Source of the DNA: a bacterium
GTDB taxonomy: Bacteria; UBA8248
DNA length: 64,000 nucleotides
Assembly (NCBI GenBank): GCA_965213685.1
Contig: CBDBZY010000003.1
Span: forward strand, 96,001-160,000
Reading direction: 5' to 3'
Under the pieces are notes generated by a model. That model made no database searches and was not told the origin of the DNA. It saw nothing but the letters and a program-made list of their open reading frames with translations. The translations under genes and the position numbers were made by a program. This document shows, in pieces, positions 48,249 to 58,988 of the stretch (its first letter is position 1; each line of letters begins with the position of its first letter).

Positions 48249-50207
48249 ATGGAAGTCGTGGAACGCATCAGCTTGGAAGAAATCGCGAACGTGCTGAAGA
48301 GGCACTGGTTGTGGTTTGTCGTTTGTCCCGCCGTATTGATGGCGCTTTTGTCCGCCGTCAGCTTTTCCCGAACGAAAGAATATCGATCCACAGCGACCCT
48401 GCTCTTCAGTCGCTCGCCACTGGTGGGAGGGCGCGGGGATGGAAATCCGGCAGCCGATGTGCAGGCGGCCGTGGGGATTCTACCGGGACTTGCGCCTTCC
48501 AGGCAGGTGATGCAGAAGCTTAAGCGTGGCGCCGCTTCCCGCAACATGTCGGCCGATGGTTTGTGGAACAAGGTTCTGCATGCAGCGAAAGGCAAGCAGG
48601 CAAACATCATTCGCGTGTCCGCCACGACGCTGTCTCCCGCATTGTCAAGAGATTTGGCGAATGCCGCCGCCGACTTGGCAGTAAGGAACTACCAGCAGGA
48701 TTATGGTAGGTTTGCCCCTTTGGAAGAGAGAAAAGAGCTGGAACAGGAGCGGGATATCGCGCAGAAGCGCCTGGATGACGTCAAAGAGAAGCTGGTGAAA
48801 TTCGGTTTACTCCCATCCGGCGAGCGGGAGATAAATGATAGAATCAATACGTTGCGGCTGCGCCGGAGGCAATTACTCGGAAGGGATGCGCATATCTTTC
48901 ACGAAATGCAGAATATCAAGCATCTTTATAAAGACGCCGGCAAGTTGCGGGAAAGGACTGTGAAACTGCTTGCGGGGAAAGACAAAGACAGCGACATGTG
49001 GACCCTGAGCCTGGATGTCAACAAGCTCGACGCCTTGCTAGCGTCTCATCGTGCCCTGGTAGCAGATATGTTGGAAGCGGAAGGCGAGTTGGCCGCCCTG
49101 TTTAAAAGGCAAGGGGCAGGCAGTGCCTTGAACGTGGATGCGGCGGCGAAAACTCCTGCGGTTGTAGCCGGTGCCCAGACTCCTTCCGGGCTGGAAAAAA
49201 TTCAAGCCGCGAAAGAATCGTTGGAGAATGAAAAAAAGGAAATCTTGAGCGCCTTGCCCGATCTTGGGGGCAGGTTGCAGGTTTCCATGGCGAGGTTGAA
49301 ATCGCTGCAGACGCAGATGAGCGACATGGAGAAAGCGAGACGGGGCAGGGCGGCCTCCGGGAGTGCGCAAACTCTCCCGGGCGCGCCGGGTAAAAACCCG
49401 GTCGCGCATGACGGGAAGGGGGACAACGATCTATACGGCGCCGCGATGGCAAAAATGATGGATGAGAAGCTGCGCTTGCAGGAGATGGAGGGGGAAAAAG
49501 CCTGGTATCGTGACAGACTCGCCAGGATTGATGCGAAATTGTCGGAGCAAAGGGAGAAATTCCGGGAGCATCGCGTCAAGGATTTGCGCGAGAAAATTTC
49601 CGGGATGCGGGATGAAATAAAAAACGTCGAGTCCAGAGTTTTCGCGCAGCAGACGAGAATCGGCGAGCTGGTTCTTGCAAGGCCGGACGCACTTGGGATG
49701 TTGTCGCCGGACCTGAGCGCATTGAGAATTTCCCCCGGAGTCGGCGTCTCTGTAGACGAAAAAGAAGAAATGAAGCCGAGCGATTTCCTGGTGAACGTCT
49801 TGCTGAAAAAATGGATATTCTATACTAAAATACTTGAGAGAATGGAGCAAATGAGGGAAACAAGGGCCCTCCTGGTTGTCAAGCTGGAAGAAGTATGGAA
49901 TAGCCTGCGCGAGCAATGGGCCCGCAAGGGGCGTTTGCTGGCTCAGCGCGACAAGCTAGAGAAGGAAGTTTCCGTGGCGCAGAGGGATTATAAAGTCGCT
50001 TCCCGGGAATATCGCAGGGCGATAAGGCGCGGCGCGAGTTTGAGGGTTATCGTTCCCGCGACACTGCCCGCTGGCCCGGCTCCCATCTATTGGAAAGCCT
50101 CGGCGACGCTGGGCCTTGTCGCTGGCCTGTTTCTCGCCATATGCGCGGTGCTGTTTCTGGAATTCCGGAAAGCGGCTTCTGCGCGAAAAGAACCGGATGG
50201 CGCGTAG
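48249..50207 (+). CDS. Wzz/PCP-like chain-length regulator with very long coiled coil
   Basis: N-terminal ISL.EI..VL.RHW + TM + Y.S.A; long heptad-rich middle; C-terminal VI.PATLP..P + TM (GLVAGLFLA). Confidence 0.75.
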   Translation: MEVVERISLEEIANVLKRHWLWFVVCPAVLMALLSAVSFSRTKEYRSTATLLFSRSPLVGGRGDGNPAADVQAAVGILPGLAPSRQVMQKLKRGAASRNMSADGLWNKVLHAAKGKQANIIRVSATTLSPALSRDLANAAADLAVRNYQQDYGRFAPLEERKELEQERDIAQKRLDDVKEKLVKFGLLPSGEREINDRINTLRLRRRQLLGRDAHIFHEMQNIKHLYKDAGKLRERTVKLLAGKDKDSDMWTLSLDVNKLDALLASHRALVADMLEAEGELAALFKRQGAGSALNVDAAAKTPAVVAGAQTPSGLEKIQAAKESLENEKKEILSALPDLGGRLQVSMARLKSLQTQMSDMEKARRGRAASGSAQTLPGAPGKNPVAHDGKGDNDLYGAAMAKMMDEKLRLQEMEGEKAWYRDRLARIDAKLSEQREKFREHRVKDLREKISGMRDEIKNVESRVFAQQTRIGELVLARPDALGMLSPDLSALRISPGVGVSVDEKEEMKPSDFLVNVLLKKWIFYTKILERMEQMRETRALLVVKLEEVWNSLREQWARKGRLLAQRDKLEKEVSVAQRDYKVASREYRRAIRRGASLRVIVPATLPAGPAPIYWKASATLGLVAGLFLAICAVLFLEFRKAASARKEPDGA

Positions 50208-50310
50208 CGTGTGCCCGGCGGACTTCGGCGGCGCCTCATCGCAGAGGTGGATGGGAGAGGGCATGCGCGTTGACGCGACGCTCCGGTGCAAGGTTGCTGC
50301 CATATAAACG

Positions 50311-51807
50311 ATGAGCGAATCGGCGGCGGCCCAGAATAATCCGGATATGCCTGACGAACGAGGGATGGACGCCCCTCCCGCCCGGAGAGAAAAGAGGTTT
50401 TCTCCTTTCTGGCTCACCAATGCGGTCATCTCTCTCCACGCGGTCCACCTCCTCATTCCCCGGGCGTTCGTCCCCTACTTTCCGGGACATCTGCTGGGTC
50501 CGTATAAAGTCTACATGCTCCTTTTCTGCTTGCTGTGCGTTGCATGGGCGATAGAGGCGGTTCGGTACGGGGTGAGAAAGCCGACGCCGGCGTTCGGGGT
50601 CTTCACCCTCTGGTTCTGGGCGATATTCTGGGGCGGAGTGCTTCATGCCTACATCGCAGGCGATCCGGTCAAAACGCTCGTGCCTGTGTATCAGCCCCTC
50701 GTTGACGCCGTCCCGTATATCGATGGGATGCTCGTATGGTATCTGATTTGGAACAACGGGTGGGACAGGAGCGAGTTTGAAAGCGTCCTGAAAGTCGTGT
50801 TCTGGGTCGTCCTGGTTGTGGGCGTCGAGTGCATCCTGTTTTTTTATCTGGCGATTCCCAACCCCTGGTCGCTGGATATCAAAGGGCGAGTTTTCATCAG
50901 CATGTTCCCGCGGCACATTGTCGACCCCGGCCGCCTCGGATTGATATTGACGGGCGTTGGCCTCTACCTGTTCCTGAGAAAAAGGGGGGGCTGGTTGTAT
51001 CTTTGTGCGTCATTGTCCGGAGTGCTGATGCTTTTCTCCACGATGAGGCGCTCCCCGCTGTTCGGTTTGCTGCTGGGCGCATGGCTCTTCTGCGCGTTCT
51101 TGTTGAAATGCAGGAGGCGATCGCGCGGCAAAAAGATGCGCCTCACCCGGCCCTTCCGTTTTCTCGCGCCCCTGGTTGTCGTTTTGGTGTTTTCCGCCGG
51201 GGCGCTGCTGGTGAGCGGGAAGGTGAGAGGAGGAACAAGAGCAGAATTTGCGGGGATAAGTAGTTTCGAGCATGGCGTCAAGGCGCGGGGCTTCAACTAC
51301 ACGCGCGCGGCGGATGTGTTTCTTGCGCGGCCTTTTCTCGGGGGTGGCCCCCGGCAGGGAGTTTTGTATGCGTATTCCGCGGATGTGCCGCCCGTGGTGA
51401 CGGAATATTTTTTCGGGGATGTCCGCCAGGAGTTTCAGCTCGGAGGAATGGCGCGGTTCAATGTGCTTCGGCATGACCCGAGGAGCGGCGAAGTGAGTAC
51501 GATACACAGCACCCCGATGAACCTCATCGCGGACTTGGGACTGCTGGGACTGGTCTTGCTGATTGTCATGGCCGCGACGGGCGTGCGGTATTTCTGGGAT
51601 GTCATGCTCTTGCGGCCTGCTGAGAATTCATTTGCCGTGGTCATGCCTTTCGCCGCCATGTTTTGCACCGCCGTCGCCTTGCTCATCAGCGTTTCCTCCA
51701 CGTCGAAATTTTATCCGTTCTGGCTGTTCGCCATCCTCCTGTGTTTTATCCGCTACCTGTATCGTGAGATACTAGCGACTTCCGCTTCGGCTGCGCCGGA
51801 GGGGTAA
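50311..51807 (+). CDS. O-antigen ligase/Wzy-family membrane protein
   Basis: Multiple TM helices, T.RR motif, R....A..VF..RPFLGGG, IHS..MNLIADLGLLG. Confidence 0.75.
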   Translation: MSESAAAQNNPDMPDERGMDAPPARREKRFSPFWLTNAVISLHAVHLLIPRAFVPYFPGHLLGPYKVYMLLFCLLCVAWAIEAVRYGVRKPTPAFGVFTLWFWAIFWGGVLHAYIAGDPVKTLVPVYQPLVDAVPYIDGMLVWYLIWNNGWDRSEFESVLKVVFWVVLVVGVECILFFYLAIPNPWSLDIKGRVFISMFPRHIVDPGRLGLILTGVGLYLFLRKRGGWLYLCASLSGVLMLFSTMRRSPLFGLLLGAWLFCAFLLKCRRRSRGKKMRLTRPFRFLAPLVVVLVFSAGALLVSGKVRGGTRAEFAGISSFEHGVKARGFNYTRAADVFLARPFLGGGPRQGVLYAYSADVPPVVTEYFFGDVRQEFQLGGMARFNVLRHDPRSGEVSTIHSTPMNLIADLGLLGLVLLIVMAATGVRYFWDVMLLRPAENSFAVVMPFAAMFCTAVALLISVSSTSKFYPFWLFAILLCFIRYLYREILATSASAAPEG

Positions 51808-53022
51808 AGGCTCCTCCGCCCGGCCCCCTTGCGGGCTCGCCACGGCCTCCTGCCGCGCGTCGTCTCGCCCCCCCTCTCCCCCGCGTTTCATTGCAGCGCC
51901 GCTTATCCGGTCGTACAACGCAAAAATCTGTCGCACGACGATGGTGTCGGAAAATTCTGTTTCCACGATTTGCCGTCCAGCCTCGCCCATTTTTCGCCTG
52001 ATCCCGGCGTCCTGGGCCAGCGTCCCGATGGCGTCGGCCAGGCGTTCGGGATCCCTCGGGGGAACGCAAAGTCCATTTGTCCCGTCCCGGACGACCTCCC
52101 GGCAGCCGGGAGCGTCGGTGGCCACCAGCGGGCGCCCGCACGCCGCCGCCTCCAGCAGGCTTTTCGGGAGTCCTTCCCGATACGATGGCAAAACGGCGAT
52201 GTGGCAGCCTCGCCACACTTCCGGCATATCTTCCCTGTAGCCCCACCATTCGACCGCGCCGTCGCGGTGCCACTTCGAGAGCGTGCTCTCCGGGATGGAG
52301 CGCGGATTTTTGGGGTCTGGCTTGCCCGCTAGCGCCATGCGAACCTGCACGTTCCGCTTTTTCAAGAGGGCTGCCGCTTCCACGAATTCGTGGATCCCCT
52401 TGTCCGCCAGCATCCGGGAGGCGAGGACCGCCAGGGGCGCGCCCGGCGGCTCCGGCGAGGGCTGAAAGGCCCGGGTGTCAACGCCCGAGCCGCGAATCAT
52501 GGTCAGGCGGGGAGCGTGGGTGAGCGCGTTTTTCAGGAGCGTCTCTTTGTCGGCGCCATTCTGTGCGATGACCCAGGTGTTCTTCCGCATCTGAAAGCGC
52601 CGGAGCAAGGACACCACGATCCTTCTCCACAGGTTCAGCTTGAAAGAGCCGGAGGTGAACAGCGCGCCCAGCCCAACGTATGAATGCACGACGGCTGGCG
52701 TATGGGCCAGCCAGGCGGCGATGGCTCCGTGCAGGAGGCTCCGCACGCCGAAATGATGGGCGATTTGGGGACGATGCGCCCGATAGACGCGAACGATCCT
52801 GCAGAGAGCCTGCAATTCCCGAAACAGGCTGAAGCCCTCCCTGTAGGCGCCCAGGACAACGCACTCGAAACCCTCCGCCCGAATCCGATCCGCATATTCT
52901 CCGCCCATCATCACGCATACGCGGACGCGATAGCCCGCGTCCCTGGCGGCGACGGCGAGCGAATGCCTGTGGGTCAAAAAATGCCTGTCCTCCAGATCCA
53001 GCAACAGCAACGTTGTCCCCAT
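51772..53022 (-). CDS. GT4 (CapM-like) glycosyltransferase
   Basis: FLTHR, QN..D, GSGVD, SRML.DKG..EF, PSYREGLPKSLLEAAA. Confidence 0.9.
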   Translation of the reverse strand: MGTTLLLLDLEDRHFLTHRHSLAVAARDAGYRVRVCVMMGGEYADRIRAEGFECVVLGAYREGFSLFRELQALCRIVRVYRAHRPQIAHHFGVRSLLHGAIAAWLAHTPAVVHSYVGLGALFTSGSFKLNLWRRIVVSLLRRFQMRKNTWVIAQNGADKETLLKNALTHAPRLTMIRGSGVDTRAFQPSPEPPGAPLAVLASRMLADKGIHEFVEAAALLKKRNVQVRMALAGKPDPKNPRSIPESTLSKWHRDGAVEWWGYREDMPEVWRGCHIAVLPSYREGLPKSLLEAAACGRPLVATDAPGCREVVRDGTNGLCVPPRDPERLADAIGTLAQDAGIRRKMGEAGRQIVETEFSDTIVVRQIFALYDRISGAAMKRGGEGGRDDARQEAVASPQGGRAEEPLPLRRSRSGSR

Positions 53023-53023
53023 T

Positions 53024-54967
53024 TCATTTCCTCTGCGCGTCTTGCCATGATTGAAACATCAGGATACACCACAGGGCGGACTCCCAGTTTCCTTTGCCGG
53101 CCAGGTGATGCTCCCATATCCGGCGGATCGGTTTCGCCTGAAAAAAGCCCTCTCGCACGAGGCGCGACTCTTCGAGCAAGTCCTCCGCCCAGTCGCGGAG
53201 CGTTCCCCGCAGCCACACGCCAATCGGCATGTAAAACCCGCTTTTGGGTCTTTCGGTCAGGGAGGCGGGAACGTAGCGGGACAGCAATCGCTTCAAAATC
53301 CATTTTCCTTCCGATTTCCGCACCTTGTATCCCAACGGCAGGCCCCACGCGAACTCCACGACACGGTGGTCCAGATACGGCGCGCGCACCTCGAGGCCCA
53401 CGCCCATGCTCGCCCTGTCCACCTTGACCAGAAGGTCGTCGGGCAGATAGTCTCGCAGGTCGCGGTACATCATCTGCTCGGCGGAGTGGAGGCCGTCCGG
53501 CACCGGGTCGGGAGAAAGAGAACCTTCCAGGTGCCGGTCCTGGCGGACGCAGGTATCCGCCCAGTGCGTGCGGAGATTCTCGTATACTTCATCGAGACGC
53601 GACGTGCGGAGCAGGCGCCCCAGTTTCTGAATCTTCTCCTCGGACATCTCGAACCGGTAGCGCATGGGCAGCATGGGGGACAGCTTCTGATAGAAATTCG
53701 CGAGCGCCGGTCGCCAGGCCAGCAGTCCGCGGGCGGCGCATTTTCTCGACCACTCCGGCAGCCAGCGGCTCGCATTCCACATGGCGATCACCCGGTTATG
53801 GCGGTTGTAGCCGCCGAAGAGCTCATCCCCCCCGTCTCCCGAGAGGCTGACGGTCACATGCTCCCGCGCGAGGGCGGCCACGAGAGACGTGGGAATCTGG
53901 GAGGAATCCGCAAACGGCTCATCGTAGAGTTGCGGCAGGTGCGGAATGACCTGGAGCGCTTCTTTCGGGCTGACGTAGAGTTCCGAATGATCCGTCTGGA
54001 GATGGCGGGCGACCTCGGCCGCATGGCGCGCCTCGTTGTAGCCCGCCTCGTGGAATCCAATGGAGAACGTGCGCGCGGTGGCGCTGCTCTCCGCCTGCAT
54101 CAGCGCGACCAGGAGGGAGGAGTCGATTCCGCCGGAGAGAAACGCGCCGACCGGCACGTCCGCCCGCAGGCACTGGCGCACCGAGCGCCTCAACGCCTTG
54201 TCCAGTTGATCGATCGCCTCGTCGTCCGACGGCGCGCGTCGGTTGGGCAGAGCGTCCTGTATCACCTCCTGCGCGCACCAGTAGGCGGAAGGCTCCGGCA
54301 GATGGCCGGGCGCGTCAGAGGTGCGGAGGCGGAGGATGGCGCCGGGGGCCAGTTTCCGGATTCCCCGGTAGATCGAATGCGGGCAGGGCACGTAGCCGCG
54401 CTTCGTGTACCAAACCAGGGCGCGGGTCGAAATTTCTCCCTCCCAGTCGGGGTGCGCGCGCAAGGCTTTCAGCTCCGATCCAAAGAGAAAGCACTTGCCG
54501 CACCAACCGTAGTAGAGCGGTTTCTCGCCTATCCGGTCGCGCGCCAGGCACAGCGTTTTCTCCTGGCGATCCCACAGGGCGAAGGCGAACATCCCGACGA
54601 ATCGCCGAACCGCCGCCTCCAGCCCCCAGGCCTCCACGGCGGCGAGCATCACCTCCGTGTCCGAGCCTCCCCGGAACTGTGTCCCCCCGCCCGCCAGCTC
54701 CTCGCGCAGTTCGAGAAAATTATACACTTCTCCGTTGTAGGCGATGACGTATCGCCCGCTGTGCGAGATCATGGGCTGGTGGCCGTCCATGCTCAAATCG
54801 ATGATGGAGAGCCTCCGGTGCCCGATGGCGACTCCCGCAGCCTCATCGACCCAGCTTCCCGCATCGTCCGGCCCCCGGTGGCGGAGGCACTCCGCCATCC
54901 TCGAGACGACGCGCCGGGCGTCATCCATCTCCCGATGCGTGAAGAGGAATCCCGCGACTCCGCACAT
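53024..54967 (-). CDS. asnB: Asparagine synthase (glutamine-hydrolysing)-type amidotransferase, glycan-associated
   Basis: MCGVAG, HRGPD, YNGEVYN, RDRIGEKPLYY, LSGGIDSS, SGDGGDELFGGY, KVDRASM. Confidence 0.93.
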   Translation of the reverse strand: MCGVAGFLFTHREMDDARRVVSRMAECLRHRGPDDAGSWVDEAAGVAIGHRRLSIIDLSMDGHQPMISHSGRYVIAYNGEVYNFLELREELAGGGTQFRGGSDTEVMLAAVEAWGLEAAVRRFVGMFAFALWDRQEKTLCLARDRIGEKPLYYGWCGKCFLFGSELKALRAHPDWEGEISTRALVWYTKRGYVPCPHSIYRGIRKLAPGAILRLRTSDAPGHLPEPSAYWCAQEVIQDALPNRRAPSDDEAIDQLDKALRRSVRQCLRADVPVGAFLSGGIDSSLLVALMQAESSATARTFSIGFHEAGYNEARHAAEVARHLQTDHSELYVSPKEALQVIPHLPQLYDEPFADSSQIPTSLVAALAREHVTVSLSGDGGDELFGGYNRHNRVIAMWNASRWLPEWSRKCAARGLLAWRPALANFYQKLSPMLPMRYRFEMSEEKIQKLGRLLRTSRLDEVYENLRTHWADTCVRQDRHLEGSLSPDPVPDGLHSAEQMMYRDLRDYLPDDLLVKVDRASMGVGLEVRAPYLDHRVVEFAWGLPLGYKVRKSEGKWILKRLLSRYVPASLTERPKSGFYMPIGVWLRGTLRDWAEDLLEESRLVREGFFQAKPIRRIWEHHLAGKGNWESALWCILMFQSWQDAQRK

Positions 54968-55098
54968 GACGTCCTTCCGACTCCCGTTCGATGGGCGGAG
55001 TGTCCCGGCGGGCACATGCCGCCGCGTCCCGCGAAAGGCGGGGCGCATTCGTCCGTCCGCGCGCTTGCCGGACGGGAGGGATCTCCGGACGCCGCTCC

Positions 55099-55854
55099 TC
55101 AGATTTTGCGAAGCGCGACGCTGAAAGTCTCCGCCGCCCGCTCTTTTGCGAAAAGGTGGAAAGCACACAGCCAAACTCGCCAGAGAATGTGAAGGGGCGT
55201 GAAAAAGCGGAAATACTCGCTGGAATAATAGGCCCGTTTCTCCAGTACCGCGAACCCCTTCTCCCCCGCGATTTTCTCGAACTCCGCCAGGGTGCAACAG
55301 TCGTAATAGCTCGGAAAGCCGGCCTTCCCCTCCAGTTCGGGGTGGAGGAAATGCAGGATTTTCCGCTTCAGATTCTCGGGCATCATGAGGTTGATGCGCG
55401 CGTAGACCGCGTTCCGGGAGGGGGCGAAGAGCAACGCCCGGCCGCCCGTTTTCAGAACGCTCGCGACGCCGGCGAAGGCGGAGGGGGTGTCCGCCACGTG
55501 TTCGAGAAGTGCCTGGCAAATCGCCACGTCAGCGTCTCCGCGTCCGCAGTATTCCGTGATGTCGGCGCGAATCGCCTCATCATACGCCCCGAGCGGCGCG
55601 CGCATCAATTCCTCCTCGTCGATGTCGAGTCCCACGACCCGCAGCTTCCGCCGCGCCTTCTCCTCGGGCGAGAGGAAGGGGCGCTTCCCCCCGCCGACAT
55701 CATACACCAGCGCACCCTCGGGGATGTGGGACAGCGCGAACCGCTCCTGAAAATGCATGTTCCCGTCGATCCGAAATTTCTCGGGCAGCAGGTCATCGAA
55801 GCGTTGGGAAAGATATTTCTGGAAACCGATGAACCGGAACAGCAGAGCGCGCAT
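55099..55854 (-). CDS. Class I SAM-dependent methyltransferase
   Basis: VYDVGGG, VGLDID, LEHV, LKTGG. Confidence 0.85.
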   Translation of the reverse strand: MRALLFRFIGFQKYLSQRFDDLLPEKFRIDGNMHFQERFALSHIPEGALVYDVGGGKRPFLSPEEKARRKLRVVGLDIDEEELMRAPLGAYDEAIRADITEYCGRGDADVAICQALLEHVADTPSAFAGVASVLKTGGRALLFAPSRNAVYARINLMMPENLKRKILHFLHPELEGKAGFPSYYDCCTLAEFEKIAGEKGFAVLEKRAYYSSEYFRFFTPLHILWRVWLCAFHLFAKERAAETFSVALRKI

Positions 55855-56145
55855 GGATGCGGGTGTTCCTTCATCGTGGAGGAGGGGCGCATGGAGACGC
55901 GGGGCGCACAGATATGCTTCTGTTCTCGCTTTACTGTCCCCATTCTACCAGAGGAGCGCGGGCGGGTGAAGCGGAGGATGCGCGGCGAACCGCTACCGGG
56001 ACCGCTGCAAACGGCCTACCGGCCGGGGGAGGCGTCCATGCGCACTTCCCGCCCGCATTCCGCCGTCGGTCGCGGCTCGCGCGCCCGCCCCCTCCCTCTC
56101 TCCTTTCGCGCGCGCTCTCGTCCGCGCACCGCCCGGCAACGCTGC

Positions 56146-57030
56146 CTAGCCCAGCTTCTCCCGGAAAAAGCGAATCGTGCGCTTCCAGGCGAGTTCCGCC
56201 GCGGCCTTGTCGTAGCGCGGCGTGGTGTCGTTGTGAAAGCCGTGGTTGGCCTTCGGGTAGAAATGGGCGATGTATTCCTTGCCGTGTTTCCGGAGGGCGG
56301 CCTCATAGGCGGGCCACCCCTTGTTGATGCGCGGGTCGAATTCGCCGAAGTGGAGCAGCAGGGGGGCCTGTATCCGCGGAACGTCGGCGGCCCGGGGCTG
56401 GCGCCCGTAGAAGGGGACGGCCGCCGCCAGGTCGGGCTTGTGGACGGCCATGGCGTTCGAGACGCCGCCGCCATAGCAGAAGCCGACCACGCCGACCTTG
56501 CCGTTTCCGTTCGCGTCGGCCTTGAGATGATCGAAGGCGGACAGGAAATCCTGCAACAGTTTTCCTTTATCGAGCTTGCGCTGCATGACCCTGCCGTCCG
56601 CGTCGTTGCCGGGGTATCCGCCCAGCGGAGTGAGTCCGTCGGGCGCAAGGGCGGTGAAGCCCGCCACGGCCACGCGCCGGGCGACGTCGGCGATGTAGGG
56701 GTTCAGCCCCCTGTTCTCGTGCACGACGACCACGCCGCCGCGCTTCCCCCCGCCGGCGGGACGGACGAGATAGGCCTTGATGGCGCCATGGCCCCTGGGC
56801 GAGGGGTATTCAACGGTCGTGCCCTGGATGCGCGCGTCGTTCTCCTCGACCTGCCTGGCGAGGGCGTAGTCGGGCGAGAGCGCGTCTAGCAGGGCGGCGG
56901 CGGTGACGCCGCCGACGGCGAACCTCGCCGCCTTGTCGAGAAACTCCCTGCGCTCGATGACGCCGTGCACGTATTCATCAAACAGATGCAGCAACCCCTG
57001 ATCGAAATCGCTCGCTCGTTTGCGCTCCAT
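56146..57030 (-). CDS. Dienelactone hydrolase family protein (YghX-like)
   Basis: [35 protein letters not shown]. Confidence 0.92.
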   Translation of the reverse strand: MERKRASDFDQGLLHLFDEYVHGVIERREFLDKAARFAVGGVTAAALLDALSPDYALARQVEENDARIQGTTVEYPSPRGHGAIKAYLVRPAGGGKRGGVVVVHENRGLNPYIADVARRVAVAGFTALAPDGLTPLGGYPGNDADGRVMQRKLDKGKLLQDFLSAFDHLKADANGNGKVGVVGFCYGGGVSNAMAVHKPDLAAAVPFYGRQPRAADVPRIQAPLLLHFGEFDPRINKGWPAYEAALRKHGKEYIAHFYPKANHGFHNDTTPRYDKAAAELAWKRTIRFFREKLG

Positions 57031-57295
57031 CGGCCTCCCCTCCCGCGTGGAGAAAACGGGACGAAACCCTGCGTCCCGCGTGAAAAACCGGCGGCGGTGC
57101 TCAGCATGTTCGCAATCGCCCCGCAGATCAAGCCCCCTCCTCCATGCGGACATGCGGAACCGCGCAGGCGGAGGGGGCGGTCGATCGCAACATGGGGAGA
57201 GATATTGGGGGGAGTGGATGAGCCGCGACGGCGGGACGCGCCAGGGGAAAACGCAAAGCGCCGATGGCCTCCCGGCGCAGGCGGCGGAGAAGGCG

Positions 57296-58459
57296 CTATC
57301 CCCGGGCGGGGGCGAGCTTCTCCTTCAGCCAACGGAAGGATTCCGGTGCCCATTGCGCAAAGTGCCGGAAGGCGCAATGCCCGTCGTCCGGATAGATTCT
57401 CGCCTCCTTGCCCAGCACCGGCCCGTGCTCCAGCATATAGTAGATGTTCCCGATCGGGGCGAGGTGATCCTGCTTGCCGTTTATCATCAGGATCGGACAG
57501 ACGATTTTTTCCACCAGCCCCAGCTCGCTGAGCGCCCATCGGCGGAAGAGTTCTTCTTCTTTCTCGGCCGTGGTTTCCGGAAAGGAGGGGCCGTCCCCCG
57601 GCGCGCCGAAAACGTAGGCGGAGCGCTTGTTTCTGTTGTCCACGAAATTCGCCATCTCCGCCTCTGTCATGCGGTAGCCGAAATGATGGCCGGCGCTGGC
57701 GACGGCCGCCCGCACCTTCCCGGGACAGGAGCCGGCGAGCAGCATCACGGAATGGCCGCCCCTGCTGATGCCAAACGCGCCGATGCGCCCGGCGTCCACC
57801 TCGGGGCGGGCGGCCAGGTAGTCGACCGCCGCCTCCCAGGCGATGACGGAGCGCGGTTCGTAGGGGAAGGGGTTCTCGCCCGTGCCGGGCCCGTCCATCA
57901 CCAGCGTGGCCAGGCCGTGGGTCATGGCCATCTCGCCGGCCCACCCGCGATCCTCTTTGAACATGTCCCCGCCGCACATGACGAGCGCGGCGGGCGCGGG
58001 GTTTTCCGCACGCGCGCCGGCTGGCGCGCGAAAGTGGCAGGTGATGGACTTTCCCTCGCATTCCACCCCGACCGTCTCCAGCGGCGGGTCGAGAGATTCG
58101 CATGATTTCAGATACGCGCGGATGCAATCGCGGCTCGCCTGCTCCTTGAGCGGGGTGAGGGGGCGCGGAAAGCGGGCGATGCTGTAATAGGTTTTGGCCT
58201 GGAGGAATTTTTCCCGGGCGGCGGAAGCGTTCCCCGCACCGGCGAGGCGCTCCGCCTGTTTTTCGTAGCGTTTGCCGATCTCGCTCCAGACGGGCACCCA
58301 GAGGTCGTCGGTCGTTCCCCGGAGGGAGGCCACGGCTCTCCGGAGCTCCCCGACGTCTTCGACCATGTGGAGCCATCGCCGGTAGAATCCGCCGTGCTCC
58401 ACGGTGAACGGGTCTTCGCTGGGCGCGAACGGAAGATTCTCGATAGCGGAGTCGTTCAT
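57296..58459 (-). CDS. Alpha/beta hydrolase (FrsA/DHPON-hydrolase-like)
   Basis: YY.IARFP, GGD..KED, DGPGTG, GISRGG nucleophile elbow, NG..D, GHC. Confidence 0.8.
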   Translation of the reverse strand: MNDSAIENLPFAPSEDPFTVEHGGFYRRWLHMVEDVGELRRAVASLRGTTDDLWVPVWSEIGKRYEKQAERLAGAGNASAAREKFLQAKTYYSIARFPRPLTPLKEQASRDCIRAYLKSCESLDPPLETVGVECEGKSITCHFRAPAGARAENPAPAALVMCGGDMFKEDRGWAGEMAMTHGLATLVMDGPGTGENPFPYEPRSVIAWEAAVDYLAARPEVDAGRIGAFGISRGGHSVMLLAGSCPGKVRAAVASAGHHFGYRMTEAEMANFVDNRNKRSAYVFGAPGDGPSFPETTAEKEEELFRRWALSELGLVEKIVCPILMINGKQDHLAPIGNIYYMLEHGPVLGKEARIYPDDGHCAFRHFAQWAPESFRWLKEKLAPARG

Positions 58460-58511
58460 CGCGCGCTCTTCATCGGAAACGGGATTGGGCCGGAGGGGGC
58501 GCTGACGCTGA

Positions 58512-58952
58512 TCACGAACCTGCCGCAGCGTCGAGGTGCTCGTAGATTTCAACGATCATGCCGCCTTTGACGACGCCGTCGCTCAGGTGTCCCGCCAGGA
58601 CTTTTTCCGGCTCGCCCGGGCCGCCGCTGATGGCCATGTGCACGTGGACGTAGGGCTGCGGCTCCTCCCAGCGCACGTCGCCGAGGGCCGGGGGCGCCTC
58701 CGCAGGCCAGGTGATGTTTCCCAGGGCGACGAGCTCGCGCCAGCCCTCGAAGTGGAGGCGGTCGACGTCGTATCCCTCCATGCTCCGAAAGCCGGAGATC
58801 ATGTCGGTCTCCGAGAGTGCGCCGATGAGGAAGACCGACCCCGCCCGAATGTTCTTCTCCTTGACGAACGCGCTGAGGTTCCCATAAAAACTATCCCCGG
58901 CCTCCAGCGTGACGCGAAAGATGCGGCCCAGCTTTTTTTCTTCTGTTTTCAT
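58512..58952 (-). CDS. PPC domain (DUF296) protein
   Basis: IGAL, EL..LGNI, HVH, AGHL. Confidence 0.85.
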   Translation of the reverse strand: MKTEEKKLGRIFRVTLEAGDSFYGNLSAFVKEKNIRAGSVFLIGALSETDMISGFRSMEGYDVDRLHFEGWRELVALGNITWPAEAPPALGDVRWEEPQPYVHVHMAISGGPGEPEKVLAGHLSDGVVKGGMIVEIYEHLDAAAGS

Positions 58953-58988
58953 CTGCGCTTCCTTCCCCCGTGATGGAGAGTGCGAACC

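Noticed and set aside
32670-56145. Integrative element bounded by a duplicated tRNA-Glu 3' end
   Set aside because: No integrase and no second copy of the tRNA end seen at the distal boundary (searched by eye only).
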